In this document: piece by piece, positions 1-12,525 of the stretch
Position numbering within the stretch: the first letter of the stretch is position 1
Layout of the letters: every line of letters begins with the position of its first letter
NCBI RefSeq assembly: GCF_009834535.1
Contig: NC_045696.1
Location: 78,928,001 to 78,992,000 of the forward strand
Length of the DNA stretch: 64,000 nucleotides
DNA from: Camelus ferus
Lineage: Eukaryota
Reading direction: 5' to 3'
Program-made: the position numbers and the translations under genes
Notes under the pieces: generated by a model
What the model saw: only the letters and a program-made list of their open reading frames with translations
Told to the model about the DNA's origin: nothing
Database searches by the model: none

Positions 1-124
1 GTACTGGCTAAGTGTGTGCTATGTGTGCTGGGGACAGAACAATGGTAAGGTACACACATGCTTGGCCTCTCTCATCCTCCACCAGACGGTCTGGCTTTAT
101 TCAGATTATAGCTCAATAATCCAA

Positions 125-277
125 AGAAAAAATCAGTAGTCTTCATTTTGCAGATGAGAAAAATAAAGCTCAGAGAGGTTAATGTATCTTATTTAAAGTC
201 ATGTAGTATCTAATATGGGAGGCAAGGTACAAATCCAAGGCTGCTTCCTCAGGTCTGTGCCCTAAACCACTGTGCTA
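125..277 (-). mobile_element. MIR SINE fragment
   Basis: cattttgcagatgagaaaaataaagctcagagaggttaa matches the reverse-complement MIR core; ends in aaccactgtgcta. Confidence 0.65.
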
Positions 278-849
278 AATTTATTTACATATCTTAAGTT
301 CCAAAAGAGACCATATTCTTTGAGTTCAGATTCATGCATGATTGACCTCTCTATCCCTCAAAGCACTTAGAACATGCAAAGCAAGTGCTCAATAAATAGC
401 TTTGGAATTACCATGTCTAACTTAAACATCAACAATCAAAGACCTGCTTGCTTATTTATTCCTGACCACTTGGAGGAAGGAAAAAAAAAAAAAGTAAAGA
501 TAGTAGCCAAATTTGACACTTCTTTTAAAAAAAAATTTTATGTATGTATATATGTATGTATGTATTTTTGCTGGTATTAAACTCAGAAGTTGTCCAAGAG
601 ACAGCAATTGGAATGTCTGCACTCTGAGAAGATGTGAAGAACTAAAATTCCAGCCACACCCCTCTGCTCAATGTGGCTCAACCAGAATCCCTCCTGCTGC
701 TCTCTCTCACCTCCTCCTAGAGCCCCGTTCAAACCTGACACCTCTCAAGGGAGAAGTGAAAACAATTCCTTCTAACATGACAGGGTAAAAAGCTATGTTC
801 GAGAAGCAGCACTGACTGACGAACATAAACCAGACTCTAATCTAGCAGA

Positions 850-970
850 AATGATCAATTGGATATGCTAGTCAACCTCATTAGGTCTGATGCACAAGCA
901 TTAGGCAAAACTCCTGCAATTTGTTCTGATTAGTCCTTGGTGATGTTTTAGCCCTGCATAATGCTAACTA
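850..970. mobile_element. Possible ancient conserved repeat (MER135-like)
   Basis: aattggatatgctagtcaacctcattag...cctgcaatttgttctgatta...gccctgcataatgctaa resembles MER135 as recalled; a partial inverted relative lies at 38136-38192. Confidence 0.35.
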
Positions 971-1314
971 CCTACCATGAGAAAATAAAAGAAACTCCAT
1001 TCCATTCTCTTAAGGTCACAAAAATACTAAAAGAAAGTAGTAAAAGAGCCAAAGAAGCTGAAATTTAAAACTGAAAACAACGGGACTATATAGAACAACA
1101 GGTAGGGGACAGGGAGAAAAAGATAATGGTGATTTTGTTTCAGGAAAAGTGATTTGAAGTAACACTTGAAGGTTTCTCAAGCACCAGGTGTAAATGCACA
1201 CATAAAGCAGAAGCTGCAGGATGCTTTATTGATGATAGTCTCTTAGGGCCTTTGCAAAAGCTCTTTCCTTCTTGAACATCAATTCTGCTAGTTTTATTAA
1301 TATAGTTTATTTCC

Positions 1315-1470
1315 CTTATCCAATAAACATTTATGGAGTGCCCACTATGTTCTAGGCTTTATGTTAGGAGCTGGAGATACAGTGAGATGAGTCCCTGTTC
1401 TCAAGAAGGTCTCAACCTAGTGTGCGAAGACAGATATAAAGAAGAAAGTATAATCTAAAGGGATAAATGC
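1315..1470 (-). mobile_element. L2 LINE 3' fragment
   Basis: aataaacatttatggagtgcccactatgttctaggc...ggagatacagtg...gtccctgttctcaagaag is typical of the L2 3' end (reverse complement). Confidence 0.6.
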
Positions 1471-1548
1471 AGTTTAAATCTAAATATAAAAATTCAGCAG
1501 ATTTTTCCATTAATTTCTATTCTAGGCTACCATTGCCAATATTTATTT

Positions 1549-2341
1549 ATTTATTTATTTTTTAACATTTTTTATTGATTTATAATCATTTTACAATGTT
1601 GTGTCAAATTCCAGTGTTCAGCACAATTTTTCAGTTATTCATGGACATATACACACTCATTGTCACATTTTTTTCTCTGTGAGTTATCATAACATTTTGT
1701 GTATATTTCCCTGTGCTATACAGTGTAGTCTATTCTACAATTTTGAAATCCCAGTCTATCCCTTCCCACCCTCCACCCCCTGGTAACCACAAGTCTGTAT
1801 TCTCTGTCTGTGAGTCTATTTCTGTCCTTTATTTATGCTTTGTTTTTGTTTGTTTGTTTGTTTGTTTTTGTTTTTTAGATTCCACATATGAGCCATCTCA
1901 TATAGTATTTTTCTTTCTCTTTCTGGCTTACTTCACTTAGAATGACATTCTCCAGGAGCATCCATGTTGCTGCAAATGGCATTATGTTGTCGGTTTTTAT
2001 GGCTGAGTAGTATTCCATTGTATAAATATACCACATCTTCTTTATCCAGTCACCTGTTGATGGACATTTAGGCTGTTTCCATGTTTTGGCTATTGTAAAT
2101 AGTGCTGCTATGAACATTGGGGTGCAGGTGTCATCCTGAAGTAGGGTTCCTTCTGGATACAAGCCCAGGAGTGGGATTCCTGGGTCATATGGTAAGTCTA
2201 TTCCTAGTCTTTTGAGGAATCTCCACACTGTTTTCCATAGTGGCTGCACCAAACTGCATTCCCACCAGCAGTGTAGGAGGTTTCCCCTTTCTCCACAGCC
2301 TCTCCAGCATTTGTCATTTGTGGATTTTTGAATGACGGCCA
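1549..2341 (-). mobile_element. Young 5'-truncated LINE-1 (camelid-like 3' UTR), ~0.8 kb
   Basis: Uninterrupted ORF2 C-terminus, 3' UTR and (ATTT)n/T tail at ~1541-1563. TSD gccaatatttattt (1535-1548) vs gccaattattattt (2338-2351), followed by AAAA (L1 EN-like site). Confidence 0.95.
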
Positions 2342-2342
2342 A
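1875..2342 (-). pseudogene. L1 ORF2p C-terminal 155-aa fragment (not an independent gene)
   Basis: [19 protein letters not shown] (CCHC motif), CTPMFIAALFTIAKTWKQPKCPS, WIKKMWYIYTMEYYSAIK. Confidence 0.95.
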
Positions 2343-2497
2343 TTATTATTTAAAATTAAACTCCATGCCTCATTACTTTCCATTCTCATCTTTCAACACT
2401 TATTTTAGGTGCCATTAAAATTTGTAACTTTTTCACAGATCTAATATTTCTGTTCATTACTTTATCAAGTACACACTGGGATCCACTCAGACTTGAC

Positions 2498-3060
2498 CAT
2501 TCATTCATTTATTCATTCAACAAGATTTTCTTGAATACTTGATTGAATACAAGCCACCACCGAACATGCTGAGGTCTATGGATGATAGCTAATACTCAGC
2601 TCTTTCCCTCAAGAAGCTCAGAGTCTGGAACTGTACTGTCTGATACAGGAGACACTAGCCACATGTGGTTAGTTAAATTTTAATTTTACTGTATTAAAAT
2701 TCAATAAAATAAAAAGAATTCATTTCCTCTGTAACAGCCACATTTCAGGTGCTCAGTAGCCACTGTGGCTAGAGGCTGATGTATTGGAAAATGCAGATAT
2801 ATTTTCATCATCACAGAAAGTTCTATCAGACAGTGCTGGTTTAGAATATGTGGGGAGGATCATTGAGAAGTTGGTTGGATTGTATACAATCATGGCTTAT
2901 GGAGAGAACTGATAATAGATGTACAGAGTGTGGTGGGATGTTGAAGATCTGAACCCGAAAGGGTTCACAGAGGCTAAAATGTTTGGGTCTCAAAGGATGG
3001 AATCAAGTGAGTTTAAGGAGGCTTAAAACAGCACAGCATGTTCAGGGAGCTGTAGGCAGG
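2498..3060 (-). mobile_element. L2 fragment interrupted by MER3
   Basis: cattcattcatt...caacaag L2 tail and ccctcaagaagctcagagtct; L2-like sequence resumes after 2846. Confidence 0.5.
2631..2838 (-). mobile_element. MER3 hAT-Charlie MITE
   Basis: cactagccacatgtgg, gccacatttcaggtgctcagtagccac, catcatcacagaaagttctatcagacagtgctg; degenerate 8-bp TSD gtctggaa/gtttagaa. Confidence 0.85.
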
Positions 3061-4859
3061 GCCTCTGAATACAAGTTGGGCAGGTTGTGGATGTCCCAAT
3101 TCTAAAGGGTCCCACTTCTATCTTAGTTGTGCGACAACCACCTGACTGTGTACTATACTCATCCCTGTTTCTAGCTCTATGATCATGACCTTTCTTGACC
3201 CTGAAGAGCTTCACATCTCACATCTCTTGACTCTGGACTTTACTTCATGTCTAGTTCCTCCTGAAGTCTTTTGGATCTTTTCATCCCCAATCCATGAAAC
3301 CATGCCCAAATTGTAGAACTCCTCAACACTGAATCCCAGCAGCAGTTTCATTCTGCACTACCTAACAGAGCTTATACCCTGGCTCCCACAGTTCCTCACT
3401 GTTCTCACCATTAATACCATCTTCCATCTACACTTTAATGCCCAGGAAGGTAGGCAGCGTCGATGTCCTCTGCTTCTTGTATTTCCTTCATCACAGTGCT
3501 CAGGATATAGGTAGATGATTGTACTGGTAGATATGGTAACTAGTTATAAATCATCTTCATTCAACTCCAAAACATATTGACCTTAACAGCCTGATAAGCA
3601 CTCTAAAGTACTGGGGATTAAAAGATTAAAATGAAGCATGATATAGAAAAGTATTATTATAATTTTGGAAGGGGGAGAAATAAATTACACATATTCAATT
3701 TCTTAAATTACACATATTTATTTTCTTTACAAGAGTGATTTGAGGTAGCCCTGAGATTAATTCCTATGTAACGTGACACTACTCTTTACAATATGAATAA
3801 TTGCCCACTGACATATCTATTTACATTAATTTTTGCTTTAGTGCTTTTTGTTTGGAGTGATATATACTGAACATTTTTATATCATTTTACTCATTGCCCA
3901 GTTCCTTTTATATTAACAATGTGGGGTTTCTGAGTAACAATAATTCTGATAATATAATGCATTCAGTGTAAATGGCTGGTAATCTTTAAAATTTTTCATG
4001 TTTGCTTATCACTTTGTCTAGTGTTTTTGCCTTTTATATTTTCCTATTGAGTGGTGGTCTAGAAAAGATGCTAAAGATATCTTTCTCTTTTACCAGTATG
4101 ATCATTCATGTCGCTGTCTCAGGAGTTGCTATGAGGCATGATTTATTTTTATTCAGGATCATCTTCGAATTGCTCCCTGATATTCAAAGTTGAGCTTCGC
4201 TTTCAGCTGAAAAATAATAATTACACATATGTTGTCTATAAGCACAGCCATGCCATCTGTAAATAGAGGGAACATTGACTGCTCTTCCCACGAGACCTTT
4301 CATTTCACTCCAATCCAATATCTGAGACACGACTTCCAGGACCCAGGCAAATAATGAAGTGACCTGAAAAGAAGGAGTACTCACACACTTTCCTGCCTTT
4401 TCTGCTAATTTCTGGAGATGAGCTCAAATTTGGTAGGATTTTTTTTAGGACAGCTTCAATTATGAATGTCATGTGCACGTGTCTGTGCAGGGTGTGTGTG
4501 TGCAGGGGAACAGAGACAATGTGTAAGTAATAAATATCTCTCTTCCCATTCCTTGTTGCTTTTAGAAAGAGCTTTCTGGGTATAGTTTAGAAGACAGATA
4601 AGAAGGGAGTTGGGAAGAAGAGCGGGAGTGTGATTGTGCCAGGGAGATTCAGGGAGGCTTTAGCGAGGAGATGAGAAGTGAGCCAGCTCTTAAGAATGAA
4701 CCAGAAGTTGGGAGGGTGTGGATGTCCATCTTCCCAGCTTACATTCTTCTCTCAACCTGAGACTGTTTCATTCTATCTCCTACTGCCTCTGAACACTGCC
4801 CACCTTGAGAATCTTCACCATGAGGCCACTCTAAGGCATTTAATGGGTTTTAATATCTT

Positions 4860-5012
4860 TCTACTGAAAAGATGGTGCACAGACCAGGGACACCAGCATC
4901 ATCCTAGAACCTGTTAGAAATGCAAAATCTCAGGTGTCACCCAAGACCTACTGAATCTGTATTTCAGTAAGATCCCCAGGTGATTTGTATGTACGATGCA
5001 CTTTGAGAAGCT
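4860..5012 (+). mobile_element. MER5A hAT-Charlie MITE
   Basis: cagcatcatcctagaacctgttagaaatgcaaaatctcagg...cctactgaatc...aagatccccaggtgatt...tttgagaagc. Confidence 0.85.
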
Positions 5013-5511
5013 TATGTTTTTGCGGTTCTCCATGCCCACATTATAGTGTTTTGGGAGTAGAGTGGTAGTTTCTATGCTCTGCTTCGTCCAACTCCCCCAA
5101 AGCACATAATAGCGCATATAGTGGGTGGGTAACAGGTACTTGTAGGTTGATTTATTTTCAGAATAAGAGTGCTGCTTTAAACAATTCAACCATTTCAATT
5201 TAATAGACATTTATTGCAACTGGGAGACCAGTTAAGAGGTTATTGCAATATTGTACAGGTGAAAATGAGGTACTGCATTAAAGCAATGATAGTAGAGGAT
5301 TAAAAAAAAAAAAGAAGAGGCAATGGAAAAGAAATATGTAGAAGGAAAAATGGGTAGGTTCTGAAAAGTGAAGGTGAGAGAAAGTAGAGGACATATAGGT
5401 GAGGTGAATACAACCATCTACTGGTTTTACTGGAAAACAAAAGTTTAGATGAGATGAGATTCCAAATGTGTTCAGAGACATTCTTTCTGCATTTTTCTCT
5501 TTTTGTTTTTC

Positions 5512-5950
5512 CCAGTCAACAAATATTTACTGAGTTAGTGCCTTCGATAAGGCAGGCTCTTTTCCAGGTGTTATAGATAAAAAGACTCATCTGATATTAT
5601 TCGGTCTCTGCCCTCAAGGAATTTACGGTCTAATGGAGGAGACAGAAAAACAAACTGACAACTGAAACAGAATGACGCCAGTGCTGTGGTACAGGTATCA
5701 GCAGTGGGATGTGTGGCCCTGAGGAGGAATGTTTACTTTCAACTTGTGATGGGTGGTTTCAGAAAATACTTCTCAGAAGAGGGGATTCCCCTCTGGGCCT
5801 TTAAAATCTAATAAATAGTCAGGTAGATGTGCATATGTTCGGTGGAGAAGAAGGGAGGGTGGGACGGGTTTCCAGGCACCAAGGAAACCATGTGGAGAAG
5901 GCTTAGGAGGGTGAGTTAGATGGTTTATTCAGTAAATTTATGTTGCTCCA
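5512..5950 (-). mobile_element. L2 fragment
   Basis: caacaaatatttactgag...ctctgccctcaaggaatttacggtctaatggaggagacag. Confidence 0.65.
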
Positions 5951-7879
5951 TGTGGCAGCAGGATGCCGTGTCAAGAGAAGGTTTGCTGTATCGAAAATAC
6001 AGGTAAATAATGTTATAAAGTGTCACTCATCTGGTTATGGCAGATCAAGGTACACAGTAATTTCTTGCAAACCATGTCTCTCACATGGAAAACACAGCAA
6101 CTTAGTTATATCCTTGCTCCTTGCCTGAGATGAAAGAAATCAAATGTAAATCTGTTTTCTCTGCACTCCAATCACTTGTTAGAATCCCGCTGATCTTTCA
6201 AAATGCCTTTTTAAATACCTCTTCTATTTTTTTTAAACGCTAAGTCATATTCATTCTCCCTTCTCCACAGTTTCAGTCTTTTTTGGCTCTCATTATTCTT
6301 GAGCCTGCCCTTTCCTTTTCTTATGGTCTGAGTCTTCTACTTGCTTGTATCTTCAGGAAGTAAAGAATATTATCATATTTATTTTTATAAACATCTTGTA
6401 ATTGACATCACACTTAGTACTAAGTAGGCACTCCCAGAATAGAGGTATTATCTCAGACAAATTAACTGGATCCTTAATTACTAAGCAGATAACTGAGGAT
6501 GAAGGTGAGATTTACCATCTTTATAGGAATAGAATTAAATTGAGCCTTTCCCCACATTTGCTTTATATGCATAAATCATTAGTAACTTCGAATTAGGCTT
6601 TCAGAGGGGGACAGATTAGCAACCTTTGCCCCTTCATTAAAGCCATTTGTACCCTGTAAAGTATTTCTGAATTCCACAGCTGCTTTTGCTATAATTGCAT
6701 GACATTTCTCTATAAACAGCTCAAAAATAAATTTGCACTTGTTAATTTTCTTTGTTAGCTAAATGCAAATCATTCAGCTAGGTCAGATTCACACAAAAAT
6801 TGCCACCACATTGTGGTTCGACAGGAAAGTGGAAGAAAGAGTGATAAAGCTGCAAAATTTCCCTTGGTCATTGGTGGTTTGTTTTTGTGAGGAAATGATT
6901 GCCCGCGATTTCAGCATCCTTGATATCTGATTCTCATCTCCCTAATGTATGCTAAAGGACACTCTCCCTTTTGCATTGTCACTAGGTGGGTTCCACGGGA
7001 GGAGGTCACCAGTTAGAAGAATGTCCTGGAGGGTTGCCTTATGGTCGGTCGTTGCCCCTTAGAAATGGATTTCAAATTAAAACTCTATTTGTAAACTTAT
7101 AAGGGCCTTGTGAGAAAGCTGAGATCACATTGGGATAGCAGTCTGAGGGTAATGTTGCATTTCTCTAGAGTTCAAACATACTCGCTTGTCTAAAGCAGTG
7201 TAACTACTCTGGTTTTGCCATGGACCCTGCATTGTTCCCCTCCCTCTCAAGGGTTGATAAGGTATTCTTTAAAAATCAACAAATAAATGTTTTAAGTTAA
7301 AATTACACTTATACCACACTAACCTTCCTTCTTGCCAACATCTAACAAAGCATATTAAGGTGGCATGATCTCAGTTGAGGAGATGAAAAAAATCTGCTTG
7401 ATATTTGACCCTGACAGTGTATACATCAGAAACTGTCTGAGTACCGATGTTTTTCATTATTCTATTGCAACACTGCAATATATTTTCTCTCCCACTGCCC
7501 CCATCACTTTCTCAAGTACACATATTCAGTTTCTCCGATCCAAGTCTTTTCTGCAGTTTCTCATATTTCTAAATATTCTTGTAGGTAGACCTGGACCTTG
7601 GAATCTCATTGTTTCTACATAATGAAAACAACAAGGTAGCCTGCTATGTAGCCAAGAACTCAATTTAATCCATCTAAGCTTTAACTTAATAGTTTAAAGT
7701 ACTATTCTTTTGTGAGGCAAGCAATTCAAAATAAATATGGCGCTTCTTTTAGTTTAATCTTGGCCCCGTAATTGTTAGGTATTTGAGGAATCTAACAACC
7801 ACCTTTGGTTTATCACTATGATTATCATAATTTCACTGCTAATAGTAACCTACTCGCTTAAAAAAATAATCTGAACAAC

Positions 7880-8065
7880 GATAATGTGGTAGTTAAAATG
7901 AGTTTAGATCATGTATTCTTTATGCTCTTCCCAGATCTAGCATCTATTTTATAACCTTGGGAAAGTCACTGAGCCTCTCAATATTTCTATTGTCATCTCT
8001 TTAAAATAAAGATAATAACTTCACCTTATCATCTACTTCAGTTATGAAGGTGTGAATACTCATAA
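7880..8065 (+). mobile_element. MIR SINE
   Basis: taaccttgggaaagtcactgagcctctc...tcatctctttaaaataaagataataacttcacct. Confidence 0.55.
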
Positions 8066-8889
8066 CCATAAAAAGCACATCAGGCTTCCTGGAAGCCAGA
8101 CTCAGTATAAATATAAAGTATTTATGGGAGCCAGCACATGAAGAGTTTGTAACTACAAAGACGTTTTTATAAAATGTCTTGGGGAAAAAATACATAGAAG
8201 AAATAAATCATACCTCGATATTCACTTTGGGAGGTGCTCCTGGGTCCACCACATCCCCTGCATTATTAGTTCAAATGAAGGACCCGAGGGAATTTTTATG
8301 TCCCTGCATTTAGCATTCAGCCATGACTTGCCATTGCCAGGCAGTGAAATACTCATCTTCTACTTTAAGCACTGGATTTACTGCTCCTAATGGGAGATTT
8401 GCATTTGTTCTAAGATTACAAATAACAATTACGCCAAAGCAATTACTCTTAACCTCCATTTGCAGCTCTTGCTTGCAGCAGGGTGCTTTCAGCTGTTCCG
8501 TTTATTTTCATTCTTGTTTTGGCCTGGAGGTGTTTCCAGATAAATCAATCAGAGTCGATGTTGGAACAGGTCTATGGAGTAACACCTAGGCTGACTACAC
8601 ACACTGTGTGGAGAATGGAGAAAACTGTAACTATAATTCAAGTTTTTTTTTTTTTTTAAAAAAAGCATACTCTTCTGGGGTCAGTTATCTGAATAAATCA
8701 AGGGGAAAAGCTTCTGCTCCATTAGCTAGTTTGCTCTTCTTTTCACTTACTCTTGTGAGTACAGAGATAGCACTCAAAGTGGCAACTATAAAACAAATAA
8801 TGCACAGCTCGCTTTGTAAATAATTTGTGAATACTCCACGAGTATTGCATGAGCTTCCTTTATCAACAACCATAACTGGTAGAAATCAC

Positions 8890-9060
8890 TAATAACTATA
8901 ATAATTGTTAAGCCTCATCATGAATTTCCTACCATGTCAGGCACGGTTAAGCCCTTTACGATTTTTTGTACCTATTTGACAGATGAGAAAACTGAGGCAA
9001 GGGGAAATTCAAGAACTGGCGCAAATTCGTAAAGCTACTGAGAGGCAGTACAAAGACTGC
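8890..9060 (-). mobile_element. MIR SINE
   Basis: atttgacagatgagaaaactgaggc core. Confidence 0.6.
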
Positions 9061-11149
9061 CTCTTGGGCCTGAGTCTGGAGCGTCCTGTGTTCTCCTCAA
9101 TCCTCTCTTCTCATTTCCCATGATGAGCCAAATGCACCATTGAGCAGTACTACCTGGAGAGTCCTTATGCCATGGTTAAATACTGATTCCAACATGAAGA
9201 ATAAATCAGAATTTTGTTAATTTGTGACTATGCTTTTACTTCCACCGTCATGACTACTCATACTTCTTGAGACTATAACACAATGAAAGGTCATGAGTAA
9301 ATGATATTTTGACTGTAAGGAAGTATAACTGAATAAAAAATCTTGCATTTTTCTTCATATTGAGACTTGTTAATAAAGAAACCATCTCTTACTTGGTATC
9401 CAAATGATTACTGCTATTAATTATAAAACTGAAAAGAACTGTGTTTCATAAATTTCTATAATGTTCTCCTTTGCTGAAGATAGTGCCTTGTACTTAGTTA
9501 TTTCTTCATATTTACCACATGTGAAACATATGTAAAACCAATCACGGAGCTTATGAACAAAAGAATCAAATAGAATTTATCACTTATCAGTGTGACCATT
9601 GCTTCTAATCATTAACAAATGAATGTTTCTCAGTGGATATTAAAATTTTGTGTTCTACTTAGTTACTTCTAAAGTAGCTTTTAAGAACCAAAAAACTATA
9701 AAATATGTACTTAATGTAGGAAACTGGGGAGAAAAGAAATGTATAAAGTGAGGGGAAAAATCACCCATAATACCCTCAGTTGGGAAAAAAATAATGTGTT
9801 GATAAATTTCCTGCCAGATTTTTTTCCATGAATATATTTGTTGTTGAAGTAGAATGTCTATATGGCCAAAAGTTCCGAAATAGTTTCCAAATTTTCAGTA
9901 AAGCACACAGATAGGAGCACAGTTCAGTTATAATAATATATTTTTCTGAATTACTTCTGTTCCACAATAGCATCATTTCAAATTAAATATTTATAGCTTG
10001 TCAGATTATAAAAATCTACTCTAGGCCTGACTAGGCAACTATTTATTTGATGTCTTCCATAAAATTTAGCACTACACAGTTAAAACCATGCAAGTCAAAC
10101 ACATTGCTAGGAACTCTTTCTGTCTATATGGTATGTGTATAAATTATGGCCAAATGATGTTAGCTATGAGTGTGTGAGAGTGTGTAATTGCACGCACACA
10201 CTTGCATTTAGAGATGCATGTTTTTGATTTTTAGGTCCAATTGAAAACATCATGTTATTGGCCTCTGTTCTGCTCCCTTTGGACAGCAATCTGTATCACA
10301 AAGTCTTTATCCACCCTTCCTTCACTGTTCTGCACTGGCACACACAAAACAATTTATAATCTTTGTCAAAAAAAAAAAAAAAAAATCAGAGTACTCAGCT
10401 GCGATGACTTCCTCCTGCCCAAGGGGGCAGTTTGCTCAAGAGGGAAAGGAAATCTTACAGCTGATGGCCTGAAGAAAAGCTGTTCACTATAAACGCCAAG
10501 TTCTGTTTTTCCATGCATCATGGTTGCAACTTTTAAAATGCCACTGGTGGTTTATTTTATTTATATCTATGCATGACTAGAGTTAAAGATAGTACAATTT
10601 TAAAAATTGTTTGAAGAATTTTATTGTAAAAATCCTGAATGTGTAGATAACAGAATAAGGGAAATTCTTATTTGACTGCATTCTATATTTAATTGATACA
10701 AATATATTTAATGAGGCTTTACTGGAGTACCATAAGGTAAAGTGTGAAGGGTATTTTGCCCTAAAAAATATACAATTGCACGTTCCCATTTTCCAACATG
10801 ACTTGTAAACTACGTAGTAGAATACAATATTCAACAAAAACTGATTTCAGAGCCAGGACATTTGACATGAAAACAGAACTCATGGATGTGTGTTAAGTAC
10901 AAAACCCCCCTAATAATGTGTGCCTTAGCTGTTTATGGATACAGATGTGGATTTAATATAGAAAACACATGCCTAGTGTGGCAAATGGGAAAGAGTAATC
11001 TAACATTTTCACCATAGTTGGGAGGAGAGAAATATTCCAAAGATGTTCTCACTGGCGATCATGCCAGTGGCAAGCAAGGCAGCAGAGCTGTTAAGAAGGC
11101 ATTGTGATATCTCTAGCACGGAGCCAGCAGGATGGTGTGGCTCTTTATT

Positions 11150-11290
11150 ATCCTGGGAGTGCATTGCTTTGGGCAACTCTTTTAACCTCCTCTGAGTCTC
11201 ATTTTCCTCACTCTGAAAATGGTGAAAATCACTTGTGGTATCTCGCAAATTAAGCAGTTAAATATTGAGGCACTTCGTAAATGCTAATGC
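11150..11290 (+). mobile_element. MIR SINE
   Basis: ttgggcaactcttttaacctcctctgagtctcattttcctcactctgaaaatgg. Confidence 0.6.
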
Positions 11291-12039
11291 TCTCTGCACA
11301 GGTGAAGTGGAGGGGTTAATGATGCTATAGGGCTCTGGGGGTGGAATTTCACTGACAATTTTCCTTGCAATATCCATGCCACTAAAGCAGTAGGTGGATA
11401 TTTTAAAGGTCAGAAGACTTCAGAAAAGGTATCTGACCTGATAGAGAAAGCCTTGGGAAAACTCTCGCCATCCAAAGATCCAAAAATCTGAGTATAAATT
11501 CTATCTAAGTATTACATTAGGATTTGGGGCCTAGCAAGTAAATTAGAAAGAGGTTATTAAATTAACCAAAATGATTAATAATTTGGCATAGGAATAAAAA
11601 TTTGGAGGAAGAATGACAGGATTGGGTTACTGTCATTCAGGTTGGTGACCCTGACATGTGGAACATGAGCTTTCCAGGTCACAAAACTTGGAGTGAGAAG
11701 TGAGAAAATTGGTGACAAGGAGAGTCCTGGGACTCTTAAAGAGTAAGTCAATTGATGTAACTACACGTTTGGGAGTAATGTAATACCCGAAAATTCCAAA
11801 ACCCAAAGTAAAATATGATTTGAGATGCTGGTATATGATTGGAGAGTTCTGAAAAACGCTTATGAATTCATTCTACCTAATTCTATTAGTGGCCTCAGAA
11901 GGAAATTAAAGACTTTAATATTTAATTTTTCAAGATAAAAGATCTCTTGAAAACACTTAATGAGTTACTAGGAAAGGGTAGAAACTAGTTTGAGTTCACA
12001 TTCTACATCAGAGTTCTCTTGGCCCATAGCATAGTGTGC

Positions 12040-12525
12040 TATTTTTTATTATTTTATTTTTATTGAAGTATAGTCAATTTACAATGTTGTGTTAATTTCT
12101 GGTGTACAGCATAATATTTTTAAGGAACAAATCCTACAATTGGGAAACAATGCAGAGGGGGCATATTCATGATAACAGATGTAATAGGCTTTGTCTCAAA
12201 ATTCATTTTGTTCATGATGCTGTTTAATTCAGGAACAAAGAAGAGCAGTGTGTGCAAATTAAAATACACTTTAAATCTCGCAAAGCCTATGTTTTTCATA
12301 CAACTCTCTGATGACAATCAAAAGAGACACCTTACAACAGTGTAAATCAACCATACTTCAATAAGAAAAGAAAAAAAAAGAGATATCTAGTTTTAAATTA
12401 TTTTTCATAGAGTTGTATATTTATGGAGAAAAAGAATATTAAAAAAGAATATGTATATACACACATATAATTGAATTACGATGCTGTACACCAGAAACTA
12501 ATACAACATTTTAAATTTAAAAAAG
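12040..12525. mobile_element. Three very short L1 3'-end stubs (12040-12115 minus; 12330-12380 and 12425-12525 plus)
   Basis: tttattgaagtatagtcaatttacaatgttgtgttaatttctggtgtacagcata and reverse-complement versions with A-rich tails. Confidence 0.8.

Noticed and set aside
10414..10432. CTCF-like ctgcccaagggggcagt (also ggctactaggtggta near 45556)
   Set aside because: Several mismatches in the core; not supportable without a PWM score or ChIP data
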